Source of the DNA: Ignavibacteriota bacterium
GTDB lineage: Bacteria; Bacteroidota; Ignavibacteria; UBA10030
DNA: 64,000 bases
Assembly: GCA_963701295.1 (NCBI GenBank)
Contig: OY969585.1
Span: forward strand, 2,048,001 to 2,112,000
Direction: 5' to 3'
The notes below the pieces were generated by a model. That model saw only the letters and a list, made by a program, of their open reading frames with translations, was not told where the DNA came from and did no database searches. A program made the position numbers and the translations under genes. Shown in pieces: positions 19,542 through 30,076 of this stretch (position 1 is the stretch's first letter; every line of letters begins with the position of its first letter).

Positions 19542-19670
19542 AAGGTTGGTCTCTGCGATTCAAATATACGGAAAAGGCCAAAGAATTCAAAGATGTGCTG
19601 ATGAAACCTTCTCGGATGATGTTATGTTCTTATCTTTGAACTCACATAAAAAATGGAGGAGATCAATACA

Positions 19671-20135
19671 ATGGCAATTCAAGTTGGGAATAAAGCACCA
19701 GAATTTACTTTGTTCGATACAGAGAAAAAATCTCGCTCACTTTCTGAGTTCCGTGGAAAGAAAGTTATGCTCGCATTCTATCCTGGTGCGTTCACTGGAG
19801 TATGTACGAAAGAAATGTGCACATTCCGCGATACAATGGCAAAATTTAGTGAATTCAATGTGCAGGTTCTTGGCATTAGTGTAGATGCGCCGTTTGCAAA
19901 TAAAGTATTTGCTACGCAGAATAGCCTGCAATTTCCGCTCTTGAGCGATTATTCTCGTGAAGTGATTAAGCAGTATTGCGGTGTGCACGAGGATTTCGCT
20001 GGACTGAAGGGCTACATTACTTCGAAGCGTGCAGTGTTTATCGTCGATGAGAATGGCATTGTGAAGTATGCGTGGATATCGGAAAATCCCGGTGTGGAGC
20101 CGGAGTACGATGCAATCTCCGAGGCACTGAAATAG
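19671..20135 (+). CDS. Peroxiredoxin (AhpC/TSA family)
   Basis: FYPGAFTGVCTKEMC, KRAVFIVD; GGAGG RBS. Confidence 0.93.
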   Translation: MAIQVGNKAPEFTLFDTEKKSRSLSEFRGKKVMLAFYPGAFTGVCTKEMCTFRDTMAKFSEFNVQVLGISVDAPFANKVFATQNSLQFPLLSDYSREVIKQYCGVHEDFAGLKGYITSKRAVFIVDENGIVKYAWISENPGVEPEYDAISEALK

Positions 20136-20200
20136 CGACCAGCTAGAATCTCTTTTGAATTTCAATGAGATTATTCATATTCTATATCTAAGGACTATCT

Positions 20201-20665
20201 ATGCTTAAAATTGGCAAGAAAGCGCCTGACTTCAATTTGTTATCAGGCGATGGGAAGAAGTACAGATTGAAAGATTTTTCAGGCAAAAAATTAGTGCTCT
20301 ATTTTTATCCGAGGGACAATACATCTGGCTGTACAGAAGAAGCTCGTTCTTTTGAAAACAAGCGAGGGGTAATGAAAAAGAAAGGTGCAATTGTCGTTGG
20401 AGTGAGTACGGACAGCGCAGATTCGCATGCAAAGTTTGCTAGTAAATATGGATTGACATTTCCACTCCTAAGCGACGAGAAAAAGAGTGTTATTAAGGTA
20501 TACGGTATATGGAAAGAGAAATCGATGTACGGCAAAAAGTACTTCGGTGTGGAGCGCACCACGGTTGTGATTGATGAAAAAGGAATTATCCGGCATATCT
20601 TTCATCGTGTCAAAGTGAAAGGTCATGCTGATGAGGTTTTGGACATTCTGAAAAAGGAAAAGTGA
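20201..20665 (+). CDS. bcp: BCP/PrxQ thioredoxin-dependent peroxidase, single Cys
   Basis: YFYPRDNTSGCTEEA, MYGKKYFGVERTT, VKGHADEV. Confidence 0.92.
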   Translation: MLKIGKKAPDFNLLSGDGKKYRLKDFSGKKLVLYFYPRDNTSGCTEEARSFENKRGVMKKKGAIVVGVSTDSADSHAKFASKYGLTFPLLSDEKKSVIKVYGIWKEKSMYGKKYFGVERTTVVIDEKGIIRHIFHRVKVKGHADEVLDILKKEK

Positions 20666-20668
20666 CTC

Positions 20669-21085
20669 ATGCCGAAGATGTATATAACACGGAGGGAAGT
20701 ATTCAGCGCTTCACATCGGCTTTGGAATTCCGGCCTCTCAGAAGAAAAGAACATCGAATTGTTTGATAAATGTGCCAATCCAAACGGACATGGCCATAAT
20801 TTTGTTCTTGAAGTTACAGTTGTTGGTGATCTTAAAAACGAATCGGGATATGTCATAGATCTCAAGACACTCAAAAACATTATCCGAGAAGAAATTGTTT
20901 CAAAAGTCGATCATAAGCATCTGAACTATGATGTCGATTTTCTGAAAGATAAGATTCCTACTGCAGAAAACATCGTACGTGCATTCTGGCAAGTGCTGGA
21001 AACGAAAATCACTCATGCAAAGCTCTCTGCAATCCGTCTCCATGAAACAGAGAATAATATAGTAGAATATCGAGGTGAAGAATGA
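20669..21085 (+). CDS. 6-pyruvoyl-tetrahydropterin synthase (animal-like PTPS-II motif; QueD superfamily)
   Basis: [36 protein letters not shown]. Confidence 0.9.
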   Translation: MPKMYITRREVFSASHRLWNSGLSEEKNIELFDKCANPNGHGHNFVLEVTVVGDLKNESGYVIDLKTLKNIIREEIVSKVDHKHLNYDVDFLKDKIPTAENIVRAFWQVLETKITHAKLSAIRLHETENNIVEYRGEE

Positions 21086-21648
21086 CCACCGAAAACGACG
21101 ATCGAAAAGAAACGATCATCAAAGATTTTCTTATCCAGCTTGGCGAAGATCCGCAACGTGAAGGGCTTCGCAAAACTCCGGATCGTGTGGCTCGGATGTA
21201 TGAATTCCTGACCAAAGGGTATAGACAAAATATTGAAGAGGTTATGAACAGCGCCGTCTTTGAAGAAAAATACAGCGAAATGGTCATCGTCAAAGACATC
21301 GACTTTTTTTCCTTGTGCGAACATCATCTCGTTCCATTTTTTGGTAAGTGCCATATTGCATATATTCCGAATGGACGAATCATTGGTCTGAGTAAAATGC
21401 CTCGGATCGTGGAAGTGTTCGCACGGCGATTGCAGGTTCAAGAGCGATTAACGCAGCAAATTGCTGATACGCTGTATCATCATATTCGGCCACTGGGAGT
21501 TGCAGTTGTGATGGAAGCACAACATCTCTGCATGATTATGCGCGGAGTTGAGAAATTGAATTCTGTGGCAACAACAAGTGCAATGCTGGGTGCATTCCGA
21601 AATGATGAAAAAACAAGAAGTGAATTTCTCACACTCATCGGCAGGTAG
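21082..21648 (+). CDS. folE: GTP cyclohydrolase I
   Basis: [41 protein letters not shown]. Confidence 0.97.
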   Translation: MTTENDDRKETIIKDFLIQLGEDPQREGLRKTPDRVARMYEFLTKGYRQNIEEVMNSAVFEEKYSEMVIVKDIDFFSLCEHHLVPFFGKCHIAYIPNGRIIGLSKMPRIVEVFARRLQVQERLTQQIADTLYHHIRPLGVAVVMEAQHLCMIMRGVEKLNSVATTSAMLGAFRNDEKTRSEFLTLIGR

Positions 21649-21660
21649 CCGTAACACGCA

Positions 21661-22389
21661 ATGGAAACCAAGAAACCGCGAATCATTTGGATCACCGGAG
21701 CGAGTACGGGAATCGGGAGAGCTCTCGCAGAGGTCTTCACTTCACGCGGCGATACCGTTATTGCAAGTGCAAGAACTGAATCGAAGTTGAACGAATTGGG
21801 CCGACAAATTTCTGCTGCCTGTGGTACGTGCGAAATCATCAAATGCGATGTGCAAAGCCAGGTTTCCGTATTTGGAGCCGTAAAGAAAATCATGGAACTG
21901 CATGGACATATTGATGTGCTTATCAATAACGCAGGGGTTACGTACTTCAAAGATTTCATGGATACATCAATAGAAGAGTTCGATCATGTCATTAATACCA
22001 ACCTCCGTGGAACATTCCTCACGACGAAAGCCGTTCTACCGGCGATGCTTCAGCACCAGACAGGATTAGTATGTAACATTCTATCGTATGTAGTAAAAGA
22101 AGTGTACACAAAATCTGCCGCGTACTCTTCCTCGAAAGCAGGCGTCGAAGCGATGATGAACGTTCTTCGTGCTGAAGTCCGGCGGCATGGTATCAATATT
22201 GTGAATGTCTATCCTGGTGCTGTCTCCACTTCGATCTGGCGTCAAAACCAACTTGAGAAATTCGGAAATCAAATGTTGACACCAGAACAAGTTGCAGAGA
22301 TGCTCTATCAGGTATCGATCCAGTCGCCATCGCTTATGGTGGAAGAAATTGTTCTCCGACCGCACGGCGGAGATCTACAGGTATCATGA
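21661..22389 (+). CDS. SDR oxidoreductase, probable sepiapterin reductase
   Basis: TGASTGIG, NNAG, YSSSK, PGAVSTSIW, VEEIVLRPHGGDL; follows PTPS-folE. Confidence 0.75.
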   Translation: METKKPRIIWITGASTGIGRALAEVFTSRGDTVIASARTESKLNELGRQISAACGTCEIIKCDVQSQVSVFGAVKKIMELHGHIDVLINNAGVTYFKDFMDTSIEEFDHVINTNLRGTFLTTKAVLPAMLQHQTGLVCNILSYVVKEVYTKSAAYSSSKAGVEAMMNVLRAEVRRHGINIVNVYPGAVSTSIWRQNQLEKFGNQMLTPEQVAEMLYQVSIQSPSLMVEEIVLRPHGGDLQVS

Positions 22390-22562
22390 TTCCTTCCTTA
22401 TCTCAGGACTGAATGCTTTTTTGCTACTGCTCTGCTGATTGAAACTCATAACTTCCCGTTGAAGACTGCTATTGCTTCAATGAGCTGCGAAGTGAGAAAA
22501 TCAGCAGAGAGTTTTCTTGCAACTTGATACACAATCCATGATTTGATATATTGGAGGCATCA

Positions 22563-24986
22563 ATGAAACGTGCACCGTACATCCGAATTACCCTCAGTGC
22601 TATCTGTTTGGTGATCGTATTTCTTTTTAACGGTTGTTCTATTTTCGAGCCTGTGGGACATGCGATTTCGCAGGGATATGAAAATTCCATCGCGTATTTT
22701 AACGGATACTATAACGCAAAGTGGCTGTTTGATGAAGCAGAAGATGAAATTCGATCAGATGCTTTGGCGAAACGCGGCCAAGTAAGCTCAACGGCAACAG
22801 CTGATCAAATTCCCGCAAGCGCAAAAGAGAAGCTACTCAAAGTCATTGATAAATGTTCAAATATTCTTGCGTTTCACTCCACAAGCACATTGGTAGATGA
22901 TGCACTTATACTCATCGGAAAATCCTTTTATTATCAAGCAGAATATCTTAAAGCAGAACGAAAATTTTCGGAGTTGTTGACCCAGTATCCTAACAGTCCG
23001 TTGGTATTAGAGACCCAGATTTGGTATGCTCGAACAGAAGAAAAATTAAAGAAAATTGACACGGGGATTCGTATGTGTGAGTCTACAATTGCTGCCGCAA
23101 AAGCGAGCGATGATACTAAAATCGAGACTCAAGCGCACCGGATCCTCGGCAGACTCTATCTTCAGGAAAACCAAACCGATAAAGCCGTGCTGGAATTTGA
23201 AAAAGAGATTGCACTTTTAAGTGATGACAATACAAAAGCCGAAGTGCAGATGAATCTTGGAAGTATTTATTTTTCTGGAGGCCAGTACGAGAAGGCAGCA
23301 GAAGCATATCTCCAAGTTGGAGACTATACATCTGATATTTACTCGAGCTATTACAGCAAGGTGCAAGCGGCTATTGCGTATCGCGAGATCAAAGAATATA
23401 AAAAAGGATTAACCCTGGTCGACGCAATGATTGAGAATTTTCGGTATAAAGTATATTTACCTGACCTGCTTTTTGAACGAGCCAATAATTACGCGGCCAG
23501 CAGGAAAATAAATGATGCGATAGATGAATATATCTATGTTGACACCGCATACACAAAGTCGGAATACGCTCTACGTTCTGCATATCAGCTTGGAGTATTG
23601 TATGAAAAGGAAATCGGTGATTATAAGTTAGCATTGAAGTATTATACCGAAGTGAATTCGGCTGCAGGGCCAAAATTCGTAGCTGATGGTCGTCTGAAAT
23701 TTACGGCTCTCACAAGATATTCTGATGCTCGAAAGAAATTGGAAATGGCGGATAGCCTCTTGTTCGTTCTTGCAGATACAACGCAAAAGGCAATTTTAGA
23801 TACGCTTACTACGATACTATCTGATACGACAAAGCATAGAGGTGCAAAGGTATTTTCTCAATCAAATCCACCGATTGCCGATTCGCTTCCATCGATGTCT
23901 GATAGCACAAAGCTCAAAATTAAAACGGCTGCTTCTCGACTTACAAAATCTCGTACTGATTCGCTAAAGATGCTTCGTTCTCTATTGGATTCAACACAAC
24001 GTACCATTGCACAAGCTTCATCTCGACGCCCACATGTCGAGGCTGATTCACTGACTCTGCTTAAATCTATTGCAGATTCAATACAACACAAAATTTCTCT
24101 GATTTCTTCTCAACTTACAGATTCACTTATCGTGCTCAAATCTATTGCTGCACAAGACTTGGGAGATATCTTCTATATAGAAGTCGTAGTGCCGGACTCT
24201 GCTTTCTACTGGTATGAAAAATCTCTTGCATGGGGCTATTCTCCTATCCGGAGTCCACGCATTCTTTATATTCTTGCAGAACTTTCCAGGATGAATACCG
24301 GGAAAAAATATCCTACGCCTGAAGAATACTACACACGTCTCGATCATGATTTTCCGGAATCCATCTATGCAGAAGAGGCACGGCGATTTCTTGGAAAGGA
24401 AAGTTCTGTAAAGAAAACCGATAGCGCAGCGATTTATTATGAGCAGGCTGAGAAGCAAATTGAAACAAAACAGTACACCAATGCGATTAAAGCGTTTCAC
24501 GACATAGCAGAATCATACCCCAAATCCCCATTAGCTGCTAAAAGTGAATATGCGATTGGATGGATTTTAGAGAACCATCTCGAGCAACCAGAAAGTGCTC
24601 TCGTGCAGTATAAACATGTTGTGAAGAACTATGACGGCACAAAGTACGCAATTGCAGCAGCGAACCGATTAGCAGGTACCGTGAAATCTGACAACGTGAA
24701 ACTAGATACAGCAAAGATCAGGGATATAAAGACGGACACATCTAAGATTCATAGAGTAGCGATAGATTCAACAAAGATAAATGCTGTGAAGATAGATACG
24801 ATAAAAATCAACAAAGGAAAAATAGATACATCCAAATCTAACACTGTGAAAATAGACACATTCGAACTGAAAATAACAAGGATAGATACATCAGAGATAA
24901 ATTCCAGACCCATGAACCAGAAAGTTCCAATTCCAGTGGACGCCAGGAAAGATTCGGTGGTCTCTAGAAAGAAAATAATAGATTAG
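22563..24986 (+). CDS. Large TPR lipoprotein (possible T9SS PorW/SprE-like)
   Basis: Lipobox FNGC; YFNGYYNA; many TPR/YPxS motifs; repetitive C-terminus. Confidence 0.75.
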   Translation: MKRAPYIRITLSAICLVIVFLFNGCSIFEPVGHAISQGYENSIAYFNGYYNAKWLFDEAEDEIRSDALAKRGQVSSTATADQIPASAKEKLLKVIDKCSNILAFHSTSTLVDDALILIGKSFYYQAEYLKAERKFSELLTQYPNSPLVLETQIWYARTEEKLKKIDTGIRMCESTIAAAKASDDTKIETQAHRILGRLYLQENQTDKAVLEFEKEIALLSDDNTKAEVQMNLGSIYFSGGQYEKAAEAYLQVGDYTSDIYSSYYSKVQAAIAYREIKEYKKGLTLVDAMIENFRYKVYLPDLLFERANNYAASRKINDAIDEYIYVDTAYTKSEYALRSAYQLGVLYEKEIGDYKLALKYYTEVNSAAGPKFVADGRLKFTALTRYSDARKKLEMADSLLFVLADTTQKAILDTLTTILSDTTKHRGAKVFSQSNPPIADSLPSMSDSTKLKIKTAASRLTKSRTDSLKMLRSLLDSTQRTIAQASSRRPHVEADSLTLLKSIADSIQHKISLISSQLTDSLIVLKSIAAQDLGDIFYIEVVVPDSAFYWYEKSLAWGYSPIRSPRILYILAELSRMNTGKKYPTPEEYYTRLDHDFPESIYAEEARRFLGKESSVKKTDSAAIYYEQAEKQIETKQYTNAIKAFHDIAESYPKSPLAAKSEYAIGWILENHLEQPESALVQYKHVVKNYDGTKYAIAAANRLAGTVKSDNVKLDTAKIRDIKTDTSKIHRVAIDSTKINAVKIDTIKINKGKIDTSKSNTVKIDTFELKITRIDTSEINSRPMNQKVPIPVDARKDSVVSRKKIID
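24680..24900 (+). repeat. Approximately 10-aa (30-nt) tandem repeat, consensus (V)KIDT(S)KI
   Basis: VKLDTAKIRD IKTDTSKIHR VAIDSTKINA VKIDTIKINK GKIDTSKSNT VKIDTFELKI TRIDTSEIN; recurring ATAGATAC in the DNA. Confidence 0.8.
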
Positions 24987-25069
24987 GGATCAATGTTGCA
25001 AAAGAAAAGTGAACGAAGAGGAATGTTAACTGTTCTACGAAAGAATTTAGAAAGAGCAAAGAAATAGTA

Positions 25070-25846
25070 ATGAGAGAAATGGCGCAACAAGTGTGTGAGG
25101 TGCAATCTTGCGATGAAGTTGCTGCAAAGACATTTCTCCTTCGGTTCACTTCTCCTGAAATTACTGCTTTGGCACAACCGGGTCAATTCGTCCATGTGCT
25201 TGCTGCTGAAGCCGGTAAGGGTCCGTTATTGCGCAGGCCATTTAGTATTGCGCGTGTTGACGGTGATATCGTTGAGCTGCTTTTTCATGCTATTGGATCA
25301 GGCACGGTCCTTCTTTCTCGAAAGCGGCATGGTGAAACGATCGATGTTTTGGGCCCGCTTGGCCAGTCATTCCGGATCGATGCCGACTATGACACAGCAC
25401 TTATAGTTGCCGGTGGAATCGGCGTAGCACCATTTCCATTTCTTACAGCAAATTTACTCAAGCGATGCAAACGTATTGAGACATTTATCGGATATAGAAA
25501 TGCCGGACAAATTCTTACTTCCTATCTGCAAAATATTCACATAGCGACGGATGATGGCAGTGAAGGGTTTCATGGAAATGTTGTCCAGCTGTTCGAACCA
25601 TTTCTTGATCGGACAGAACTCGGGAAAGTAAAAATATTTGCCTGCGGTCCGACTGTTATGCTCAAAGCACTTACGGAACTCGCAAAACGTAAAAACATAT
25701 GTTGCGAAGTATCATTAGAGGAGCATATGGCATGTGGAGTCGGACTTTGTCAAGGATGTCCGGTGGAACGCACCGGTGATGGAGCTAAGTACGCTCTTGT
25801 GTGTAAAGACGGACCAATATTTCTCACAACGGATGTAATTCTATAA
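25070..25846 (+). CDS. pyrK: Dihydroorotate dehydrogenase electron transfer subunit
   Basis: PGQF, RRPFS, GGIGVAP, CGP, MACGVGLCQGC, VCKDGP. Confidence 0.95.
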   Translation: MREMAQQVCEVQSCDEVAAKTFLLRFTSPEITALAQPGQFVHVLAAEAGKGPLLRRPFSIARVDGDIVELLFHAIGSGTVLLSRKRHGETIDVLGPLGQSFRIDADYDTALIVAGGIGVAPFPFLTANLLKRCKRIETFIGYRNAGQILTSYLQNIHIATDDGSEGFHGNVVQLFEPFLDRTELGKVKIFACGPTVMLKALTELAKRKNICCEVSLEEHMACGVGLCQGCPVERTGDGAKYALVCKDGPIFLTTDVIL

Positions 25847-26811
25847 TGACCGCACCGATAGAAAATAAAGTAAAAACATCGTTTACTCTATGCGGAATTG
25901 AATTCAAAAATCGTGTTTTTGTTGCTTCGGGTACATTTGGATATGGAGATGAGGTTCATACATTGGTAGATGTGAGTCGGCTTGGAGGCATCTTTACAAA
26001 ATCGCTTTCGTGGAAACCGCGCGCCGGTAATCCGCCACCGCGTATTGTTGAAACAGCCAGTGGTATGTTGAATTCCATTGGACTTGCCAATATCGGTGTT
26101 CATACATTTATTGAACAAAAACTACCGTACCTTCGTACACTTGATACGAGAATTATAGCGAATATTGCTGCAAGTTCTCTCCAAGAATACTGCGATGTTC
26201 TCGGTTTGCTGGAAGAGCAGGAGGGAATTACTGCTTATGAGATCAATGTCTCGTGTCCGAACGTGAAAGAGGGCGGACTAAATTTCGGTACTGATTGTTC
26301 GATGACAGGAAGAATCACGGCAAGTCTTCGTAAGCTGACGCGCAAAGCTCTCATCATAAAATTGACGCCGAATGTAACACACATTTCTGAATTTGCCCGT
26401 GCTGTTGAAGTGGAAGGTGCTGATGCGGTTTCTGTGATGAACACACTTATCGGAATGGCGATAGACATCAAGACACGAAAGCCAAAACTTTCTACGGTTA
26501 CTGGCGGCCTTTCTGGTCCGGCTATCAAACCCGTTGCATTGGCAAAAGTGTATGAAGTTGCCAAGTCAGTGAAAATCCCGATCTTTGGGATTGGCGGAAT
26601 TGCCAGCGCCGAAGATGCAATCGAGTTCTTGTTGGCAGGAGCAACAGCAGTACAAGTTGGTACGATGAACTTTGTCGATCCCGCAATTTCTGTAAAGATC
26701 GCCGATGATCTGGTAATCTACGCCCGTGAGCATGGAATTTCAGATATGGGTACGCTTATCGGTGCCTTGGATGCAGAACTGAAGTTCTCGGTTCTTCAAT
26801 CCTGGTTGTAA
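25846..26811 (+). CDS. pyrD: Dihydroorotate dehydrogenase family 1B catalytic subunit
   Basis: ASGTFG, NSIGLAN, NVSCPN, KLTPN, GGLSGPAIKP. Confidence 0.96.
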   Translation: MTAPIENKVKTSFTLCGIEFKNRVFVASGTFGYGDEVHTLVDVSRLGGIFTKSLSWKPRAGNPPPRIVETASGMLNSIGLANIGVHTFIEQKLPYLRTLDTRIIANIAASSLQEYCDVLGLLEEQEGITAYEINVSCPNVKEGGLNFGTDCSMTGRITASLRKLTRKALIIKLTPNVTHISEFARAVEVEGADAVSVMNTLIGMAIDIKTRKPKLSTVTGGLSGPAIKPVALAKVYEVAKSVKIPIFGIGGIASAEDAIEFLLAGATAVQVGTMNFVDPAISVKIADDLVIYAREHGISDMGTLIGALDAELKFSVLQSWL

Positions 26812-26856
26812 CATTTTTTGAAAGTCGCTTTTTTCTTTCCATTTATTGATGCTACG

Positions 26857-28158
26857 TTGACATACACTGAATCTATCAAGTTTCTTTACAATCTCCAGAA
26901 GTTAGGAATGAAATTCGGATTACAAGGAATCAGAACACTGCTCCGTTCCCTCGATCATCCGGAAAAGAAATTTTCTTCTATCCACGTCGCTGGTACGAAT
27001 GGCAAAGGTTCTACCGCTTCGATAATTGCGGCAATCTTTACAGCTGCCGGTTATAAAACGGGTTTGTATACTTCTCCACATCTCCTAAGCTTCAATGAAC
27101 GGATCAGAATCAACGGCAAGCCGATTCCCTCGCGCACCGTAGCGCAGCTTGTATCAGTCCTTCAACCTGAAGTTGAAAGAAATGCCTGCACTTTCTTCGA
27201 AGCAGTAACAGCGATAGCATTCAAACATTTTACAGAATCCAAAGTGGACATTGCAATTGTTGAAACCGGTTTGGGAGGGAGGTTGGATGCAACCAATGTT
27301 CTTCGGCCGCTTGTTTCCGTTATTACGACGATTGGATTGGAACATATTCAGATTCTTGGTACGAGTATCACAGATATTGCTTTCGAGAAAGGAGGCATTA
27401 TTAAGAAAGGAAGTCCCTGTGTAACTGGAACAAAATCGCAAAAGGCTGTTCATATTCTGCAAACTATCTGCAATCAAAGGAAATCACAATTGATTCGAAT
27501 TCATCCCGGAGGAATTCATGTAAAGCATTTCTCTCTTCAAGGAATTGTATCGGATTTTCTCGTGGCAGGACGCAAGATGAAGAATGTGCACGTGTCGCTG
27601 GCTGGTGAGCATCAAGCGATGAATACATCTCTTGCGCTGAATACTATCGAAGCGGTGATCCAGCAAAGTAATTTCAAATTGAGCGAACAATCTATTCGGA
27701 AAGGATTAGGAAATATCCAAAAATATTCCGGACTTCAAGCTCGATTATCGGTTATTCAACAAAATCCTCTCATCCTTGCCGATGTTGCACATAATCCAGA
27801 GGCTGTCCGTACGCTTTGTCATTCACTCCGGCAATTACGTCTCGGAAAAGTTCACATGGTGTTTGGTCTGATGCAGGATAAAGACTATAAGCAGATTGTA
27901 AAAGTGCTTCAAGAAGTTGCAAATGCTGTTTTTGTTGTGGAAGCAAGTACAGATCGATCTCGTTGTGCAGCAGAGTTAGCAAAGGAGTTTCGTCGATTAG
28001 ATGTACCCGTAGAAGAATTTACTGACGTCAAGAGTGGTATTGCGGGGGTTCTTCGAAAACACGATGGCGTCCCGATACTCGTTACCGGTTCGCATTTTGT
28101 TGTTGGTGAAGCACTTGCTTTTCTCAAAAAGGAAAAATACTTGACAATCAATCAATAA
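26857..28158 (+). CDS. folC: Folylpolyglutamate synthase/dihydrofolate synthase
   Basis: HVAGTNGKGS, YTSPHL, ETGLGGRLDATN, DVAHN, TGS; start uncertain (TTG 26857). Confidence 0.95.
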   Translation: MTYTESIKFLYNLQKLGMKFGLQGIRTLLRSLDHPEKKFSSIHVAGTNGKGSTASIIAAIFTAAGYKTGLYTSPHLLSFNERIRINGKPIPSRTVAQLVSVLQPEVERNACTFFEAVTAIAFKHFTESKVDIAIVETGLGGRLDATNVLRPLVSVITTIGLEHIQILGTSITDIAFEKGGIIKKGSPCVTGTKSQKAVHILQTICNQRKSQLIRIHPGGIHVKHFSLQGIVSDFLVAGRKMKNVHVSLAGEHQAMNTSLALNTIEAVIQQSNFKLSEQSIRKGLGNIQKYSGLQARLSVIQQNPLILADVAHNPEAVRTLCHSLRQLRLGKVHMVFGLMQDKDYKQIVKVLQEVANAVFVVEASTDRSRCAAELAKEFRRLDVPVEEFTDVKSGIAGVLRKHDGVPILVTGSHFVVGEALAFLKKEKYLTINQ

Positions 28159-28169
28159 TCGTGTATACT
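28141..28169 (+). promoter_or_regulatory. sigma70 promoter for rho
   Basis: TTGACA-17nt-TATACT. Confidence 0.75.
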
Positions 28170-28339
28170 AAAAGTGGAAGATCTTAGAAAAGTTTCTTTT
28201 CCGGTTCATCCGACCAGGGTTACTTCAAAAAAATTGTTTCGTTCCATTCTAATTATTTATCAAAGAAAATTGTCTGATATTTGACGATGTTTTTTAAAAT
28301 TTACAATCCCCATCTCTCACTATCATAGGTATATTTTCC

Positions 28340-29593
28340 ATGCCAATGGATATCTCTGAATTAAAATCCAAAAAGATCGCCGAGTTAAATGCGATTGCCA
28401 AAGAACTCAATATCACAGGGTATAGCGATCTTCGCAAGCAAGATCTCATTTTTAAAATTCTCGAAGCACAAACCCAGAAAGACGGTCTCGGATTCAGCAA
28501 AGGTGTGCTTGAGGTTCTCCCCGACGGGTACGGATTTCTTCGCTCGGTCGATTACAATTACCTGCCGTCGCCGGATGATATTTATGTGTCGCCATCGCAG
28601 ATCAAGAAATTCGGATTGCGTACGGGCGATACCGTGAACGGCCAGGTCCGCCCGCCGAAAGAAGGCGAACGGTTTTTTGCGCTCCTGCGTGTAGAGGCAG
28701 TGAACGATGACCATCCGGATTTGATTCGTGAACGTGTCCTGTTTGAGAATCTTACGCCGATGTATCCAGCAGAACGGATCAAGCTGGAAACCATTCCCGG
28801 TGAATATGCTATGCGTATTCTCGACCTTCTAGCACCGGTTGGAAAAGGCCAGCGTGGTATGATCGTTTCACCGCCTAAAGCTGGAAAAACCATCCTTTTA
28901 CAAAAAATGGCAAACAGTATTACGAGAAATCATCCGGAAGCGAAGTTGATTGTGCTCCTCATTGACGAGCGCCCTGAAGAAGTGACGGATATGGAACGTT
29001 CTGTAAGTGCTGAAGTTGTCAGTTCCACATTTGATGAACCACCTGAGCGTCACGTTCAAGTTTCTGACATGGTGCTGGAGAAAGCAAAAAGATTGGTTGA
29101 ATCAAAGAAAGATGTTATCATCCTTCTTGATAGTATCACACGTCTTGCCCGGGCACATAACACCGTTGTCCCGCATAGCGGAAAGATCCTCTCCGGCGGT
29201 GTCGATGCAAACGCGTTGCATCGGCCAAAACGATTTTTTGGTGCTGCCCGAAATATTGAGGAGGGCGGAAGTCTTACAATCATTGCAACGGCATTGGTAG
29301 AAACTGGCAGTCGAATGGATGAAGTGATCTTTGAAGAGTTTAAAGGTACCGGGAATATGGAAATTGTGCTCGATCGCGGCTTGAGCGATAAGCGTATTTT
29401 CCCGGCAATCAATGTGAACCGCTCTGGAACACGCAAAGAAGAAATGCTGCTTGAACCGGACGATTTGAATCGCGTATGGATTCTTCGCAAGTTTATGAGT
29501 GATTTGGAACCCAGCGAAGCAATGGAACTCCTGCTTGATAAAATGAGGGGTACTAAGACAAACAAAGAATTCCTTAAAGTAATGAATAGTTGA
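28340..29593 (+). CDS. rho: Transcription termination factor Rho
   Basis: [38 protein letters not shown]. Confidence 0.99.
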   Translation: MPMDISELKSKKIAELNAIAKELNITGYSDLRKQDLIFKILEAQTQKDGLGFSKGVLEVLPDGYGFLRSVDYNYLPSPDDIYVSPSQIKKFGLRTGDTVNGQVRPPKEGERFFALLRVEAVNDDHPDLIRERVLFENLTPMYPAERIKLETIPGEYAMRILDLLAPVGKGQRGMIVSPPKAGKTILLQKMANSITRNHPEAKLIVLLIDERPEEVTDMERSVSAEVVSSTFDEPPERHVQVSDMVLEKAKRLVESKKDVIILLDSITRLARAHNTVVPHSGKILSGGVDANALHRPKRFFGAARNIEEGGSLTIIATALVETGSRMDEVIFEEFKGTGNMEIVLDRGLSDKRIFPAINVNRSGTRKEEMLLEPDDLNRVWILRKFMSDLEPSEAMELLLDKMRGTKTNKEFLKVMNS

Positions 29594-29600
29594 TATGCGA

Positions 29601-29628
29601 GTCACGATTGTCGAGAGAGAATCGTGGC
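29601..29628. terminator. Hairpin between convergent rho and panD
   Basis: GTCACGATT...AATCGTGGC inverted repeat, weak T-tail. Confidence 0.4.
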
Positions 29629-29698
29629 AACATTTTACGCCTGCGCGCGAGCACGAAATATCAATCACTGACCGCTGATCACCAATATCTGATAGCTC

Positions 29699-30076
29699 TC
29701 AGCACTCGTCCATTTCGTGCACTCCGGACTTTTCAATCAGATATTTTACAAAGTGATTATTTTTATCGACGAGAATGTTGATGGGCTTTTTAGGTCGATC
29801 AGAGATCTGAAACGACATTATAATAACTTCATCGCCTTTGTGTACAAGATGTGCAGCAGCTCCATTTATCCCAATAAGACCAGAATTCTTTTTCCCTTTT
29901 ATGACATAGGTTTCAAGCCGGTTACCATTCGAGTTATTGACAATAAGGACTTTTTCATACTCAGCAAGTCCCGCAAGTTTCATCAGGCATTCGTCGATTG
30001 TAATTGAGCCGACATAATGGAGGTTTGCTTCGGTAATAGTAGCTTTATGGATTTTCGATCGAAGATAGATCCGCAT
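29699..30076 (-). CDS. panD: Aspartate 1-decarboxylase
   Basis: [12 protein letters not shown] (G-S cleavage site), RLETYVI, INGAAA. Confidence 0.96.
   Translation of the reverse strand: MRIYLRSKIHKATITEANLHYVGSITIDECLMKLAGLAEYEKVLIVNNSNGNRLETYVIKGKKNSGLIGINGAAAHLVHKGDEVIIMSFQISDRPKKPINILVDKNNHFVKYLIEKSGVHEMDEC

Noticed and set aside
19243-19884. ORFs 19243-19590 (-) and 19435-19884 (+) spanning the tRNA
   Set aside because: They read through tRNA-Ser(CGA); only the part from ATG 19416 is the GIY-YIG remnant.
29102-30076. Possible read-through of the panD TGA into the in-frame 188-aa ORF (selenocysteine or recoding)
   Set aside because: PanD is already full length, the extension is antisense to rho, and no SECIS-like hairpin is evident.
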